From: Sporopachydermia quercuum
Taxonomy: Eukaryota
DNA length: 64,000 bases
NCBI GenBank assembly: GCA_001599295.1
Contig: BCGN01000002.1
Location: 1,054,001-1,118,000, forward strand
Reading direction: 5' to 3'
Shown here: one piece after another, positions 48,773 to 60,449 of the stretch
How the letters are laid out: each line of letters starts with the position of its first letter
Numbering within the stretch: the first letter of the stretch is position 1
Notes under the pieces: generated by a model
Databases searched by the model: none
What the model saw: only the letters and a program-made list of their open reading frames with translations
Told to the model about the DNA's origin: nothing
Made by a program: the position numbers and the translations under genes

Positions 48773-51700
48773 ACAATAACAAAGCGTGATTAAGAAGGAA
48801 AAAGGAGCCCATGAGGAAATATATAATGAGCTAAAACCTAGAACAATATGTATAATTGCAGCTAATCATGAATAAACTGTTCAATATACCAACTCATTCT
48901 CGAAAGGCATTTGTTGCATTATTTCGTGAGCTTATGTAACTTTGCTTGATAGAACAAAGTAAAATAAGGAGAGTAACATTCTTGCTACAACTTTCCTTTA
49001 CGTTGTTCTATTATTGCTTTTTTTATCCTCTGTTTCCTATCTCTAAACGACCTATGAAAAATCAACTAACATAAGCTTACTATTTTGCTTCTGAAGTTAA
49101 TTAAATTAACATTAATGCAACAGAAGTCTGAACTCTATCTTTATAAATGTTTTATGCATAGAACATTCTTATAAACTTTATCCTTTTTCTTTACTGAAGT
49201 TTATTTTTGTTCTATGCGTCAAAGAACCCATCTGTAATTTTATCTCAAACCAACACAAACTTGATTCAGAGATAATTAGCCTCATTTATTGTGCATCTGA
49301 TCATCTCCCAAAACAANTACTACATCCTATACAACACATTTAAAGATAAAAGGCATCAGAGAAGGTAGGCAATATTTATCAAATTGATAATGAATTTAAG
49401 GAAAACACCGTGTTTTGATTCACTTGAANGGGTTTTTCTAAACATGAGATTTGCGGGTAGAACGCTAGGGCAAGTAGTATAGGGAGATGTGACGGTATAG
49501 TAAAGGAGCTTACCAAGAGAGCAAACGAAACATAGTCTATACTGTTTTNCTACAAACCAGTAACAGTTCATCAAAACAATGGTTGATAACCCGTCTTTTG
49601 GTCTTCCCTCTTTCTGCTAATTGGTGTGCAGGAAAGCATACCAAAGGTGCAAGATGAAAACCAGCAAATTCGTTACTTGAAGCCTTGATAAACTATTATT
49701 ATTATCCAGGAGGCATTCAAGAAATAACGAGACGTTCGTGAATTTGGTCAAAACAACTGGATAACCTGTTTGAGAGTGACATTCTATTGACAGGTCACGT
49801 AGACCCATGAGAATTATATCAACCATTTTCANTCCTATCTATACCTTCCGTTGCTGGAGACCCAAGTCATGTATCTACTGAAACTTCTTATCTTAGAGAA
49901 AACATTTGGATGGAATCTCCTTGAGTCAAAATCAGGTTAAACAATCAAAAGAATAGAATTTGAAATAGCACCTGTTCAGACTCAAGAAACACCAATTTGC
50001 TAATTCATATTTTGGAAGCATCTTGAATGGCGTAATGGGTTCCATTGTTTAGCGAGATTCAGATCAGCATAGNCGTGAATGTAATAGTTGTAATAACTAT
50101 AGAGCTCTTAGAACATCATTCTACATTATCGGACTTAATTCCCTGGTGGTGCCTATTCCCCCCTTCGGTATTGGGATGATTTATTTGACAATGAGTTCTT
50201 GAAGCATTAGAATGACTTCTCTGCTTTCAAATCTNTTAATTGAGCTTATGTTTACATAATTCTTTTGGATTCTTCTTATGTGCTACAATTTGGAGACCTA
50301 ATCACATCCTTAATCGCAGGAATGATAGTCATTAGCTTTGATTATAAGCAGGTATACCAGAAGACAATTTCCAAACCAACATATAGAACAAGGCCTATTC
50401 GGCAATGCTGAGATCTAGAGAGAATTAATAGGGCACAGCATATATACTAACGAATTTGCTGTCAACAAAATCAATAATAAACCAACTGTTATTGGGTCAT
50501 CTTATTTCGAATACGAAGATGCCACAGGGAAGTAACCGCGCATTATCTAACTGTTTTTTCAAATTTGTACAGGTATGGCCTTCTGAACTGTCGACCATTA
50601 TCAGTGTCAGCTACACTTGCCAGCGAAATTGGTTCAAGTCATTGGGAGAAATTATAGCAGCCACATCACAGCCCATTTTCGTATCAAGCGGCTCTATCGT
50701 TTCTACTAGAAAAGTAAAACTAAAGTGTTTTTACTGGAAAGCAATTGATTTTCAGTTGTCATTTTTATTTTTTTCCAGGGTAGCTTTATTAGAAATAAGC
50801 TATTTTCGGGAAGGTGCATCGATTTCAGGAGGATACGATCGACAATGGGAACGGATAATTGTTGGATCGCCATTTGCTTGGATCACCGCTTGGATCACGG
50901 CATGAGTCACACATGGAGATCTTTTCACACCTGTTACGCCACAAAAGTATTAGTCACAAGACTAGCTTCCGAGGATCTGACACGTCAATATGGCTAATTT
51001 GGTCATCTTTTAGTCAAATCCTCAATAAAAATGCAAATTTTTTATTCAACCGGTCTTTATCACTTCATCGATAGTGGATAATTGTAGGAACAAACAACGG
51101 TTACTAATTCTTTCTCAAAATCTCAGTTATGCAGCTAATAATAACCAACTAGGTTCTTGTGTGCGACAAGCATCAGTAAAGATTCAATTTCAGTAAAGAA
51201 ACTGTAACAGCTGTACTGAAACCGTTTTTTAAAGGTAAAGTCCTCCCATGCTCCCTCACAATATACTTTGGTCTAAGGGTAGTTGAAATCATCCAAATAA
51301 TTAGGAAGTGCTAATGCCTTTCCTTACGTTATGCAAAGGAAATCCGAAAATAGTATAACCCCGATTTTCCAGCTGGCAGCCTAATTGCCAATCATAACCT
51401 CAAATTTGTCATACTCGAATTCAGCTTTGCATCTCACCAAAGTTTTCAACCCTTTAGTAAATCTAAAACGGATGTACCATTTTACCCCGTTCACTAAACT
51501 TGATTTTCATTGATTTCAAGACATAGAAACAGAAATAACTCTCTGATTCGTGTCTTTCAGAAGCGGCTAGAGGGATATATGAAATATTTCGCAAGACTGC
51601 AGAAAAACTTTTCATGGTTGACGCTAAGCTAAAACTCATCACTCTAAAACTACACGTTATTTCTAATAATTCAGACTCATTCCCTAACTTTAGGCAACCT

Positions 51701-52061
51701 TTGTGCAGCCTCCCTTGAGCCTCAGTGCCTTGGAGCAGCCTCAAAGCAGCCTCCATGCCGCCTTCTTCAGCGATTCATCTCATCTAACCTCCTTACTGGA
51801 TTACTCAATTGGTTCATTCTTTGCTCATCACCATGGTTTTTACTTGAATTTTATCAACATCTGAAATCCTCTAGGCTCAATTTCAAGGTTAAGCTTTGCT
51901 CGTCCCCACTTAGCACAAAACTTTTTACCAATTAATACCACTAAGCTTTCTTTAATCCATCGATTTTACCATTATTTTAACTAAAATCGTCAAATTCGTA
52001 TTTAACACTGCAATAATCCTCTTCCTCAATTGCAAATCGGCTTCTCTCTATTGATACTAAG

Positions 52062-52144
52062 CACGTGACTCCAACCTCATCACTTCAAAATTTAATATTC
52101 GAAGGAGAGATCAGAGGGGCATCCTGGGCACACAATATCACGTG
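52062..52144. promoter_or_regulatory. Two Cbf1 E-boxes upstream of the sulfate permease; the second has the RYAAT-NN-CACGTG Met4-recruitment form
   Basis: CACGTGAC at 52062 and ACAAT-AT-CACGTG at 52132-52144. Confidence 0.65.
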
Positions 52145-53032
52145 CAATTACACATTTTGATGCCATTGATCATGACATCGAACTCTATTTCTCAAATCAG
52201 CTAAAAGTGAAAAGTTGATAACTGCATTTCGTAAAAGTGATGAGAAGACTGGAACAATGAATATACAATAAGCAGGCTAAGAAATAGAGGTTTCATCGAA
52301 ATAATCAAAGAGTTTGGTCGTATTGAGCAGCATGCTGAATTTCATACCAAATTTCAATGGTATTAGGTGTCAAAAGAGAAAAAAATCACGTCAATAGCTT
52401 CTCAATCAGCGAAGCATCATCAAGGGGAACATTTCCTAGATAAAGATTACGACTTGGACGCCTAAGAGAGTTTCATGTCATTAAAAACACATTATAATAG
52501 GATTTTGATCTAAATCAGTTATATCTGTCCAGATTTAAAAATTATCAACGGCAATACGATAGTTCGTAACTAAGAGCGAGACAATAGTGCATAATATGGT
52601 TCAATATCTAGTGATTATTCTTTTTTTATTACTTTTTCTGAAAACTAGTTCAGATACCAAATCAACCACTTCCTTTCTTCCCTTTATTTCGTTTCCTTCT
52701 TAAGTGCGCTGATTCCCTGTTTTTCCGTATTCGATTCAAGTTTTTTTTCATTTTCATTTGTATTTTGCATTTACTGTCTTGGCGTTTTTCGAAAGATTTG
52801 TTCACCAAGCGACTACTTTACGCCATTACTTATATTTATATGGTGATATCAGCCTGTTTTCCTTACTTTCTTTCACACTGTGCTTTCTTGATTTAGTAGT
52901 TACTACTTGATCATCTGCGAGACAATAGGAAAAGGGACAGGAACTACCAAGCATTTACTAGACCTTCAAGCATTTACTTGGCTTTCTTATTCTTATTCTT
53001 ATACTATACTAGTCTGTTCGATTCTATTCAAA

Positions 53033-55627
53033 ATGACTGTTAAGGAATCGCTTGAACAGTTCAAGCAAAACACTAAAGAGAACTACAATCAGCTTAAACA
53101 TAAAATAAATTCTACCCATCCATTTTATCCTGAGAACACTATTAAAGAGAAACCTAAGTTCAGCTTTAAGAGATGCTTTCATGAAGCCTATGCTGCTGAT
53201 GTTGATCTGCATCCTGGACCAGTGCCAGTGGTGGGACCGAAGATTCATCATTATGACAATTTGCTAGTCCCTGAATATGACGAACCAATTGTTTCTACTG
53301 CCGACTGGGCTAAACATGTTTTTGCAAATCCAATAGAGAAATTCGTCAGCTACTTATTCTCACTATTCCCCATCTTAACTTGGATCTACAGATACAATTT
53401 TGTGTGGCTATACGGTGATTTGGTTGCTGGTATCACTGTTGGAGTTGTATTGGTTCCTCAATCTATGTCTTATGCTCAACTAGCTGGTTTGCCTGCTGAA
53501 TATGGTTTATACTCATCCTTTGTAGGTGTTTTCATCTACTGTTTCTTCGCNACATCCAAAGACGTTTCAATCGGCCCTGTGGCTGTTATGTCTTTACAAG
53601 TTTCAAAGGTCATCCAACACGTGTACGATGTTTATGGTGAGGATGCTTTCTCTGCTCCAGAAATCGCTACTGTGCTAGCTTTGATTTGCGGTGGAATTTC
53701 TGCTGGTATAGGTCTTTTAAGACTAGGTTTCATTTTAGAATTCATCCCAGTGCCTGCTGTTATGGGTTTTATGACTGGTTCTGCTATCAACATTGTATGT
53801 GGCCAAGTCCCTACTCTCTTGGGAATCAGCTCAACTCTTGTCAATTCTAGAGATGCTACCTACCTAGTTATCATCAACACTCTTAAGAATCTTCCTGCTG
53901 CCAACGTCGGTGCTGCTTTTGGTATGATTTCATTGTTTATTCTCTATTTATGGAAGTATCTTTGCGTCTATATTCCTAAGAGATATCCTAAATCAGAAAG
54001 AGCATGTTTTTACCTATCAAATATGAGGAATGCTGTTGTGATCATTTTTGCCACTCTTATTTCCTACCTTGTCTGCAGATCCAACCCTGAAAATCCTCCA
54101 ATCAGCATCATTAAGACTGTTCCTTCAGGTTTGAAGCACGTCGGTGTCATGAAGTTTCCTAATGGCATCATTAGTGCCATCGCTGGTGAACTCCCAGTGT
54201 CTGTGATTATTTTATTGTTAGAACATATCAGTATCTCTAAGTCTTTCGGTAGAATTAACGACTATAAGATTGTCCCAGATCAAGAGTTAATTGCTATTGG
54301 TGTCACTAATCTTGTTGGTACGTTTTTCAATGCTTATCCTGCCACTGGTTCATTCTCACGTTCTGCATTGAAAGCTAAATGTGGTGTGCGTACTCCTATA
54401 GCTGGTATCTACACTGGTGCCGTTGTATTGCTGGCANTATATGCATTAACCTCTGCATTTTACTGGATTCCTAAAGCTGGCTTGTCTGCCATCATTATCC
54501 ACGCTGTCGGTGATCTTATTGCATCTTTCTCCACAACTTCCAACTTCTGGAGAATCAGTCCTGTGGAAGCTGGCATCTTCTTAATTGCTGTCATTCTCAC
54601 TATCTTCATTTCTATTGAAGTTGGTATCTATTTTGCCATTGCTGCTTCAGCTGCTGTTTTGTTGTTCAAGATTGCTCATCCTAGTCCTCAATTCCTCGGT
54701 AGAACTTTCATCACCGATGTTTTGGACCCTGCCATCGTGCGCAAGGAAGATTTAGATGAACAATCAGAAAAGGATTCAGAAAAGGACGTTTTAGAAATCA
54801 GTTCTGTTACTGACTCTTCCATCAAAGCACCCGGTGAAGGAAAACCAAATTTCAAAGTCGTTTGGGTTCCAATGAACAAGAACAACATTAATCCTACAGT
54901 TAATATCTTACCTCCACCTCCGGGCGTTATCGTTTTCCGACCGTGCGAATCGTTCACATATCCTAATGCATCTTACCAGAACGATGTATTAGTAGATGAA
55001 GTCAAAGCAAGAACAAGAAAGGGTAAACTATCAACTTATAAGACGTTAGGCGACCGACCTTGGAATGATGTGGGACCAAGAAAGATTCCTGTTTTAACAC
55101 CAGAAGAACTTGCCGAAAAGGACTCACGACCAGTTCTCCGTGCTGTTGTGTTTGATTTTACTTCTGTTACATCTATCGATTCAACAGGAGTCCAACTTTT
55201 AATCGATACCAGAAATCAATTGAATCGCTATGCTGATAGAGAAGTCGAGTTTCATTTCGTGGGAATCCTCAATCCATGGATTAAGCGGGCCTTGATTGCT
55301 GGTGGATTTGGTATTGAAAGAAACCAGGCAAGACCTGCCCATGTCAGTCAAGAGATCTCACCTGCTGATGACTTCTACACCTATGGGGTTAACAACACTC
55401 GTGATGTCTGGAAACTCGAGCTTGATAATGCTAAATCAGCTGAGAACGAAGATGAAGAGAAAGGATTATTTGAAATCAGACAAAGAACCACAGAAGAATC
55501 CAGCCTATGTTCCAATGGTTCTGCTGAAAATGAAAAATGGCAAAAATCTACTGGTTACATGGCATTAAGTTCAACCAAAACTCCTTTCTTCCATTTGGAA
55601 ATTCCTAATCTAGAAGAAACCATATAA
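53033..55627 (+). CDS. SUL1: High-affinity sulfate permease (SulP/SLC26 with STAS domain), Sul1/Sul2 type
   Basis: [42 protein letters not shown] and [16 protein letters not shown]. First ATG is at 53033. Confidence 0.95.
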   Translation: MTVKESLEQFKQNTKENYNQLKHKINSTHPFYPENTIKEKPKFSFKRCFHEAYAADVDLHPGPVPVVGPKIHHYDNLLVPEYDEPIVSTADWAKHVFANPIEKFVSYLFSLFPILTWIYRYNFVWLYGDLVAGITVGVVLVPQSMSYAQLAGLPAEYGLYSSFVGVFIYCFFXTSKDVSIGPVAVMSLQVSKVIQHVYDVYGEDAFSAPEIATVLALICGGISAGIGLLRLGFILEFIPVPAVMGFMTGSAINIVCGQVPTLLGISSTLVNSRDATYLVIINTLKNLPAANVGAAFGMISLFILYLWKYLCVYIPKRYPKSERACFYLSNMRNAVVIIFATLISYLVCRSNPENPPISIIKTVPSGLKHVGVMKFPNGIISAIAGELPVSVIILLLEHISISKSFGRINDYKIVPDQELIAIGVTNLVGTFFNAYPATGSFSRSALKAKCGVRTPIAGIYTGAVVLLAXYALTSAFYWIPKAGLSAIIIHAVGDLIASFSTTSNFWRISPVEAGIFLIAVILTIFISIEVGIYFAIAASAAVLLFKIAHPSPQFLGRTFITDVLDPAIVRKEDLDEQSEKDSEKDVLEISSVTDSSIKAPGEGKPNFKVVWVPMNKNNINPTVNILPPPPGVIVFRPCESFTYPNASYQNDVLVDEVKARTRKGKLSTYKTLGDRPWNDVGPRKIPVLTPEELAEKDSRPVLRAVVFDFTSVTSIDSTGVQLLIDTRNQLNRYADREVEFHFVGILNPWIKRALIAGGFGIERNQARPAHVSQEISPADDFYTYGVNNTRDVWKLELDNAKSAENEDEEKGLFEIRQRTTEESSLCSNGSAENEKWQKSTGYMALSSTKTPFFHLEIPNLEETI

Positions 55628-55939
55628 TTCGAGTGAAAACGAATTACAATAGGTTGTATTTGGTATTTCATTTACATGGGTATTAATAGGGTTCATTATT
55701 TTTTCATTATCACATGGTTAGAGTACTATATCATTTAATGGCTTTGCATTTTCATCTTTATTATAGTAAAAAGTGGTAGTAACAGTAGTAATTGTAGTAA
55801 TAGTGGTTGTATTTAACTGCTTTTAGGCGGCAAGGGTCCTATTCTACAGGTATACCTCTCATACCTCTTCATATAAAACCATCTTATCTTTCATCTTATA
55901 TTTCATAGTACATATTATGTCATAACTTCATCAAAAAAC

Positions 55940-57541
55940 CTAGTTGAAGCAACATTCCAGACATCCTCTGTAACCAACCCGACATTTCTTACCGAAGTAA
56001 ACTTCTACAAACTCACAAACAAACCAGCGATCAAATTTACTATAAGCATCTAATCCCATTTCTGTCAAATCACCAACTTCAATAATAATTATATCCTCAT
56101 CCTGGCCATCTTCACTATCATCATAATCATCTGAATTGTTGACAAGCCTGTCAGGGGAACGAGCATAATCATTCGCTAGTAATTCATCATCACGGGAATT
56201 AATGATGTTTGATACTACATTGAATAACCGGGTAGTCAGACTATGGAAATATCCAATAATGGTTATCTCTTTCTCACCTTTCGACACAACATCGCCTGTG
56301 GTTCCTTCTATGGATTCTCCAAAATTAGATTCTCCTTGTAAATGCGTATCATTTCCATCAGCAGACAGTTTTCCAGATTCCGCTATTGTTTCAGCACTCA
56401 CATCTAATGGNAATAAGCACTCTTCTTCTTGAGCTTGTATTTTCTCTGCTTCTCCAGCTGTGGCCCACCATAAAAGCCCATTTAAAGCTGTTTGACCCCA
56501 TGACAATTTTTCGCTAAACAACGAGAGGTCATCTGCAATATAGGATATTTGAAGCTGATTGGATAATAAGGTAAACCTCGTGATGTCTCGCTGAGAGCAA
56601 AATATACGATCACCACTATTCGATTTCACCATTGGCGGTTCTTCACTGGTTGCATATTTATACAGTTTTGGCTTTGTCAGTAGAATCTCATCTCTAGTAA
56701 ATGCAATGAAAGATTTGTTTTCCTTAGTGAATCGCGTCAATGTATCTATATCTGTTACACCAACGGTAAACAAGGGAATAGAACTTGTTTTCCTCTTAAG
56801 AATCTCTGTCTGCTCATTAGGGTCGGTAATAGTATTTTTGATCAGTTTCTTTCTCAACAAGTCTTGGACCTGCTTAGGAATTGATGTCAAGACATCTAAA
56901 CAATATACGAAATTTGATGCTTCTTCTATGCTTCCGCCATTAGATGTCAATAGGATCTGCTGCCGTAGAAGCCTGAGCTTGAAAATAGTAAAAACTGAAG
57001 GTCCTAGAGTTTCCAACATTGGAACCATAGATAAAACAGGATGTGGTGCATTATAAGAAGCTTGTGGACTATCTACGGTGCCTTCTTCACTATTCAAATA
57101 AAAATATTCTTTCAGGGGCTTTAAATCTCCATCTTTACCTTCTTCCATATAAGATGATAGTAGTGATGATAAACTAGGAACATGCTCCCATAGGGTTGAG
57201 ATAGCCAGATGATTATCACAGTTAGCAACATCTAGATCTACTAGAACACCCAAAGAAAACATGGAAATCTTCGAACGATCTATTGAAAGATGATCACNGG
57301 ATTCTGAGGGCTGAGGTAAATTTTGCTGGAATACTGCAAGTCCATATAGTAATCCATTAGGATCCCCTGGACTTCTAGGGTGGGTGAAAACTATCACATC
57401 TTTTTCAACAGTGTGCAATCCTGATGGAAGACATTTATACTCGACTGACTTTAAATCAACTTTCGATTCACTCCAGACTAGCGTAAACCCTTTATGGACA
57501 TCAAACTGTACTAAGAAGATAGCAGAGATCCGGGGTTTCAT
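55940..57541 (-). CDS. ANR2: Avl9/DENN-related protein, Anr2 (YKL047W)/LCHN-like
   Basis: AIFLVQFDVHKGFTLVW...VEYKCLPSGLH, LLWWATAGE, IIGYFHSLT, MGLDAYSKFDRWFV and a C-terminal CC. Confidence 0.75.
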   Translation of the reverse strand: MKPRISAIFLVQFDVHKGFTLVWSESKVDLKSVEYKCLPSGLHTVEKDVIVFTHPRSPGDPNGLLYGLAVFQQNLPQPSESXDHLSIDRSKISMFSLGVLVDLDVANCDNHLAISTLWEHVPSLSSLLSSYMEEGKDGDLKPLKEYFYLNSEEGTVDSPQASYNAPHPVLSMVPMLETLGPSVFTIFKLRLLRQQILLTSNGGSIEEASNFVYCLDVLTSIPKQVQDLLRKKLIKNTITDPNEQTEILKRKTSSIPLFTVGVTDIDTLTRFTKENKSFIAFTRDEILLTKPKLYKYATSEEPPMVKSNSGDRIFCSQRDITRFTLLSNQLQISYIADDLSLFSEKLSWGQTALNGLLWWATAGEAEKIQAQEEECLXPLDVSAETIAESGKLSADGNDTHLQGESNFGESIEGTTGDVVSKGEKEITIIGYFHSLTTRLFNVVSNIINSRDDELLANDYARSPDRLVNNSDDYDDSEDGQDEDIIIIEVGDLTEMGLDAYSKFDRWFVCEFVEVYFGKKCRVGYRGCLECCFN

Positions 57542-58196
57542 CTTTGTTCACCTCTATAACGATTAATTTGTGCTTGTGTATGGGGATAGGCAAACGCTAA
57601 TTTGTGATGAGACAATCTATTGATGTGTTTCTTGTCAAAGATCACAACGGGAAAAATCACGAATCAAATGCCGTTCCGTTGGTATTCAAAATCGCTTTTT
57701 ATTATAACAAGACTTTCAATGGCCTTGGTATAGTAGGACTGCAAGTGTGTAGAAATATCCAAGCATCTTATCAAGCAAATTTATGCAATTACTATCAGGG
57801 ATTTCGGAGATGATAGGGAAGAAAAGCGGAGATAATTATTTAGGAATCCATAGGGTGTTATAGTTTCCGAAATATTTAACATGAAAGACGATTTATCTTG
57901 CATTCGAGAAAACTGGCTGGGGAAATGTAGCACATGTTGATCTCTTTTAATGAAATAAATGACATAATTATGTTGGATTTATGTGCATATATTGACTAGG
58001 ATTATGAATAGATCAATGCATGAATAAGTTAGCATTATTGTCAAGAGGACAGTCAATGGCAGTACTACAATTATTAAATCACCTACAAAACCAAAATACA
58101 ACTCCATAACTCATAAATAATCATCAATTAAATAATCATAGAAAGTAAATAAAACTTAANTAATATTTTCAATAAATTTTCATTAGCTTTTATTGT

Positions 58197-59444
58197 CTAC
58201 TCTGCAATGAACAATGCAGCAGCACCCATGCCAGTACCAATGCACATACTGGTAACACCAAATTTCTTTCCGGTTCTTCTGAGTTCAGTCAACAAAGTTG
58301 CAACTTGTCTAGCACCTGTAGCACCCAATGGATGACCAAAGGCAATAGCACCACCTTTAGGATTCACTTTCTTATAGTCAATACCAACTGTTTCAATGCT
58401 ATAGATAGCTTGGCCAGCAAATGCTTCATTGATTTCAAAGATATCGATATCATCAGGGGTTAAGTCGTATTTCTTCAAGAGTTTGGGGATGGCATAAGCA
58501 GGTCCAACTCCCATGATTTCTGGAGGAACACCAACAGTCGTGCAGTCAATGAACTTACCAATGACAGGAAGGTTTAGTTTGTCAGCAACAGATCTGCGCG
58601 TCAACAAAACAGCACCTGCACCATCAGAAACTTGAGATGCATTACCTGCAGTTGTGGTACCATCCTTCTTGAAAGCAGGTTTCACTTTACCTAATGATTC
58701 AGGAGTGACACCATATCTAATTCCGTCATCTTTGTCAGCAACAATCTCCGTTTCATTTCCGTCTTTATCCTTAATAGTGACCTTAATGGGGATAATTTCT
58801 TCCTTAAACAGTCCATTCTTTTGGGCAGCTTCAGCCTTATTGTAAGATGCAGCAGAGAACTTGTCTTGGGCCTCTCTGGGAATGTTGTACTTGGCAGCAA
58901 CGTTTTCATTGGTAATACCCATAGGAATTCCGCACTTTTGAACTTCAGGATTTCTCAATAGTTCTTTAGGGAATTTCTTGACAGCTTCCATATTGACAGG
59001 GGGAGAAGTAGACATAGATTCAACACCACATCCAATACCGATATCAATTTGACCAGTACTGATCTTATTGGCAATGTCATTGACAGCCATCAATCCTGAA
59101 CTGCATTGTCGGTTGATAGCGACAAATGATGTAGTGTAAGGTAAACCAGCAGCTAAACAAGCTGCTCTGTGTTCGGTAACACCTGATCCAGCGGCCAAAA
59201 CGTTACCACAACACACGTCTTCAACCAAAGCAGGGTCAATCTTAGTTCTTTCCAATAATCCCTTCAATAACTTAGTAAGAATTTCTATCGTTAAAGTATC
59301 TTTCAATGCTCCCTTTCTACCCTTAGTAATTGCTGTTCTGTAAGCAGCAACAATCACAACATCATCAGGATGCTTTTGGGTCAATGCTTCTTTAGCTGAA
59401 GCACTGGAAGTTAAATGTGATGCCAAATGATTCACCCTTTCCAT
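58197..59444 (-). CDS. POT1: Peroxisomal 3-ketoacyl-CoA thiolase with PTS2
   Basis: PTS2 RVNHLASHL; catalytic motifs NRQCSSG, NEAFA, GHPLGATG and CIGTGMG. Confidence 0.97.
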   Translation of the reverse strand: MERVNHLASHLTSSASAKEALTQKHPDDVVIVAAYRTAITKGRKGALKDTLTIEILTKLLKGLLERTKIDPALVEDVCCGNVLAAGSGVTEHRAACLAAGLPYTTSFVAINRQCSSGLMAVNDIANKISTGQIDIGIGCGVESMSTSPPVNMEAVKKFPKELLRNPEVQKCGIPMGITNENVAAKYNIPREAQDKFSAASYNKAEAAQKNGLFKEEIIPIKVTIKDKDGNETEIVADKDDGIRYGVTPESLGKVKPAFKKDGTTTAGNASQVSDGAGAVLLTRRSVADKLNLPVIGKFIDCTTVGVPPEIMGVGPAYAIPKLLKKYDLTPDDIDIFEINEAFAGQAIYSIETVGIDYKKVNPKGGAIAFGHPLGATGARQVATLLTELRRTGKKFGVTSMCIGTGMGAAALFIAE

Positions 59445-59759
59445 TTTTAATATTCAGATTCCAGTTATATACACTATTTTCTGTTCAGTCCTTACTGCAA
59501 ACTGCAATTCACTTAATTCCTGCTATTATTTTACAGTTATTCAACAAACTGTCAATTTCCCTCCTGCTTTTGCTTTCTTTTCCTTTCTTCTCTTCTTTTC
59601 TTCTTTCCCCACAAACAGGATCCTTCACTTCCTTTATATTTCAGAGCCCCAGATTCATCACCACACTTAACTTTACTTGCATACAGTGGGGCAAAGGGTG
59701 AATTGGTGTACAAGATAAGGTTTCGGGCTAAACTGAGAATGTGAAAATGTAATTTTAAG

Positions 59760-59847
59760 CCGAGGAGCCGTAATTGTTTGTTGTTCACGTAATCGGAAAC
59801 ACATTTTGTATGAACTGGAAAGCGATTATTTGTATGGGCTGCCTCGG
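59760..59847. promoter_or_regulatory. Two CCTCGG (FarA/Ctf1/Por1-type) fatty-acid response motifs upstream of POT1
   Basis: CCGAGG at 59760-59765 and CCTCGG at 59842-59847, 315-400 bp upstream of the ATG. Confidence 0.6.
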
Positions 59848-60449
59848 CACGTATTGAACAGGCGCTAAATGGTGATGGGTATAAAGGTAGACTGAGATAA
59901 GAGTGCGATCAGTGCGATAAGGATTATTAGATTTAATATGGTGGAGACAGATGATGGTTGTTCTGTTATAATATGAAACGATCTGAGGATGTATTATAAT
60001 GTATTCGGAAGGTTGGAGGATTGAATGTAGTGTGAAAATGGGTGGGATGGATTATCATATTTAGAACTGTCCCTCTATATATGGTTGAAGCGAGGTTGGA
60101 GCAGAGCAAGTGAAAGGCTGATGGGACAAGAATAAGGTAAATGATTATACATAGCAGGAAAAACTGGTTTGCAATGTTATATTCCCCCAATACATATCTA
60201 CAATTGTATGAAAGAAACAACAGACAGATATATGACTTCCCATAGACAGGAAAGCTATGGTTTTTCTATTGAATTCAATTATTTAGAAGTATCTACAAAT
60301 ATCCATTGCTTCAGTCAAAATTCATATATATACAAGGTATACCCATTTAGGGCATACTGTCCCATATTATTTAACTATAATACAACATACATAATATAAG
60401 CTTCAATCTCATTTTATCATTGGTTAGTTTACACTTCTTTATACAAGTT

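Noticed and set aside
49478..50035. 186-codon plus frame interrupted only by TGA stops (mitochondrial insert or recoding?)
   Set aside because: The translation resembles no protein I recognise, the composition is not mitochondrial-like, and such a run is plausible by chance over this much intergenic DNA.
50456..50905. 149-aa ORF ending in a 12-bp tandem duplication (GCTTGGATCACC/G)
   Set aside because: TTG start, no motifs and non-coding-like composition.
44200..53000. Centromere or transposon remnant in the long intergenic regions
   Set aside because: No CDEI-II-III layout, long inverted repeats, LTRs or gag/pol fragments seen; long promoters of FUN19 and SUL1 are a sufficient explanation.
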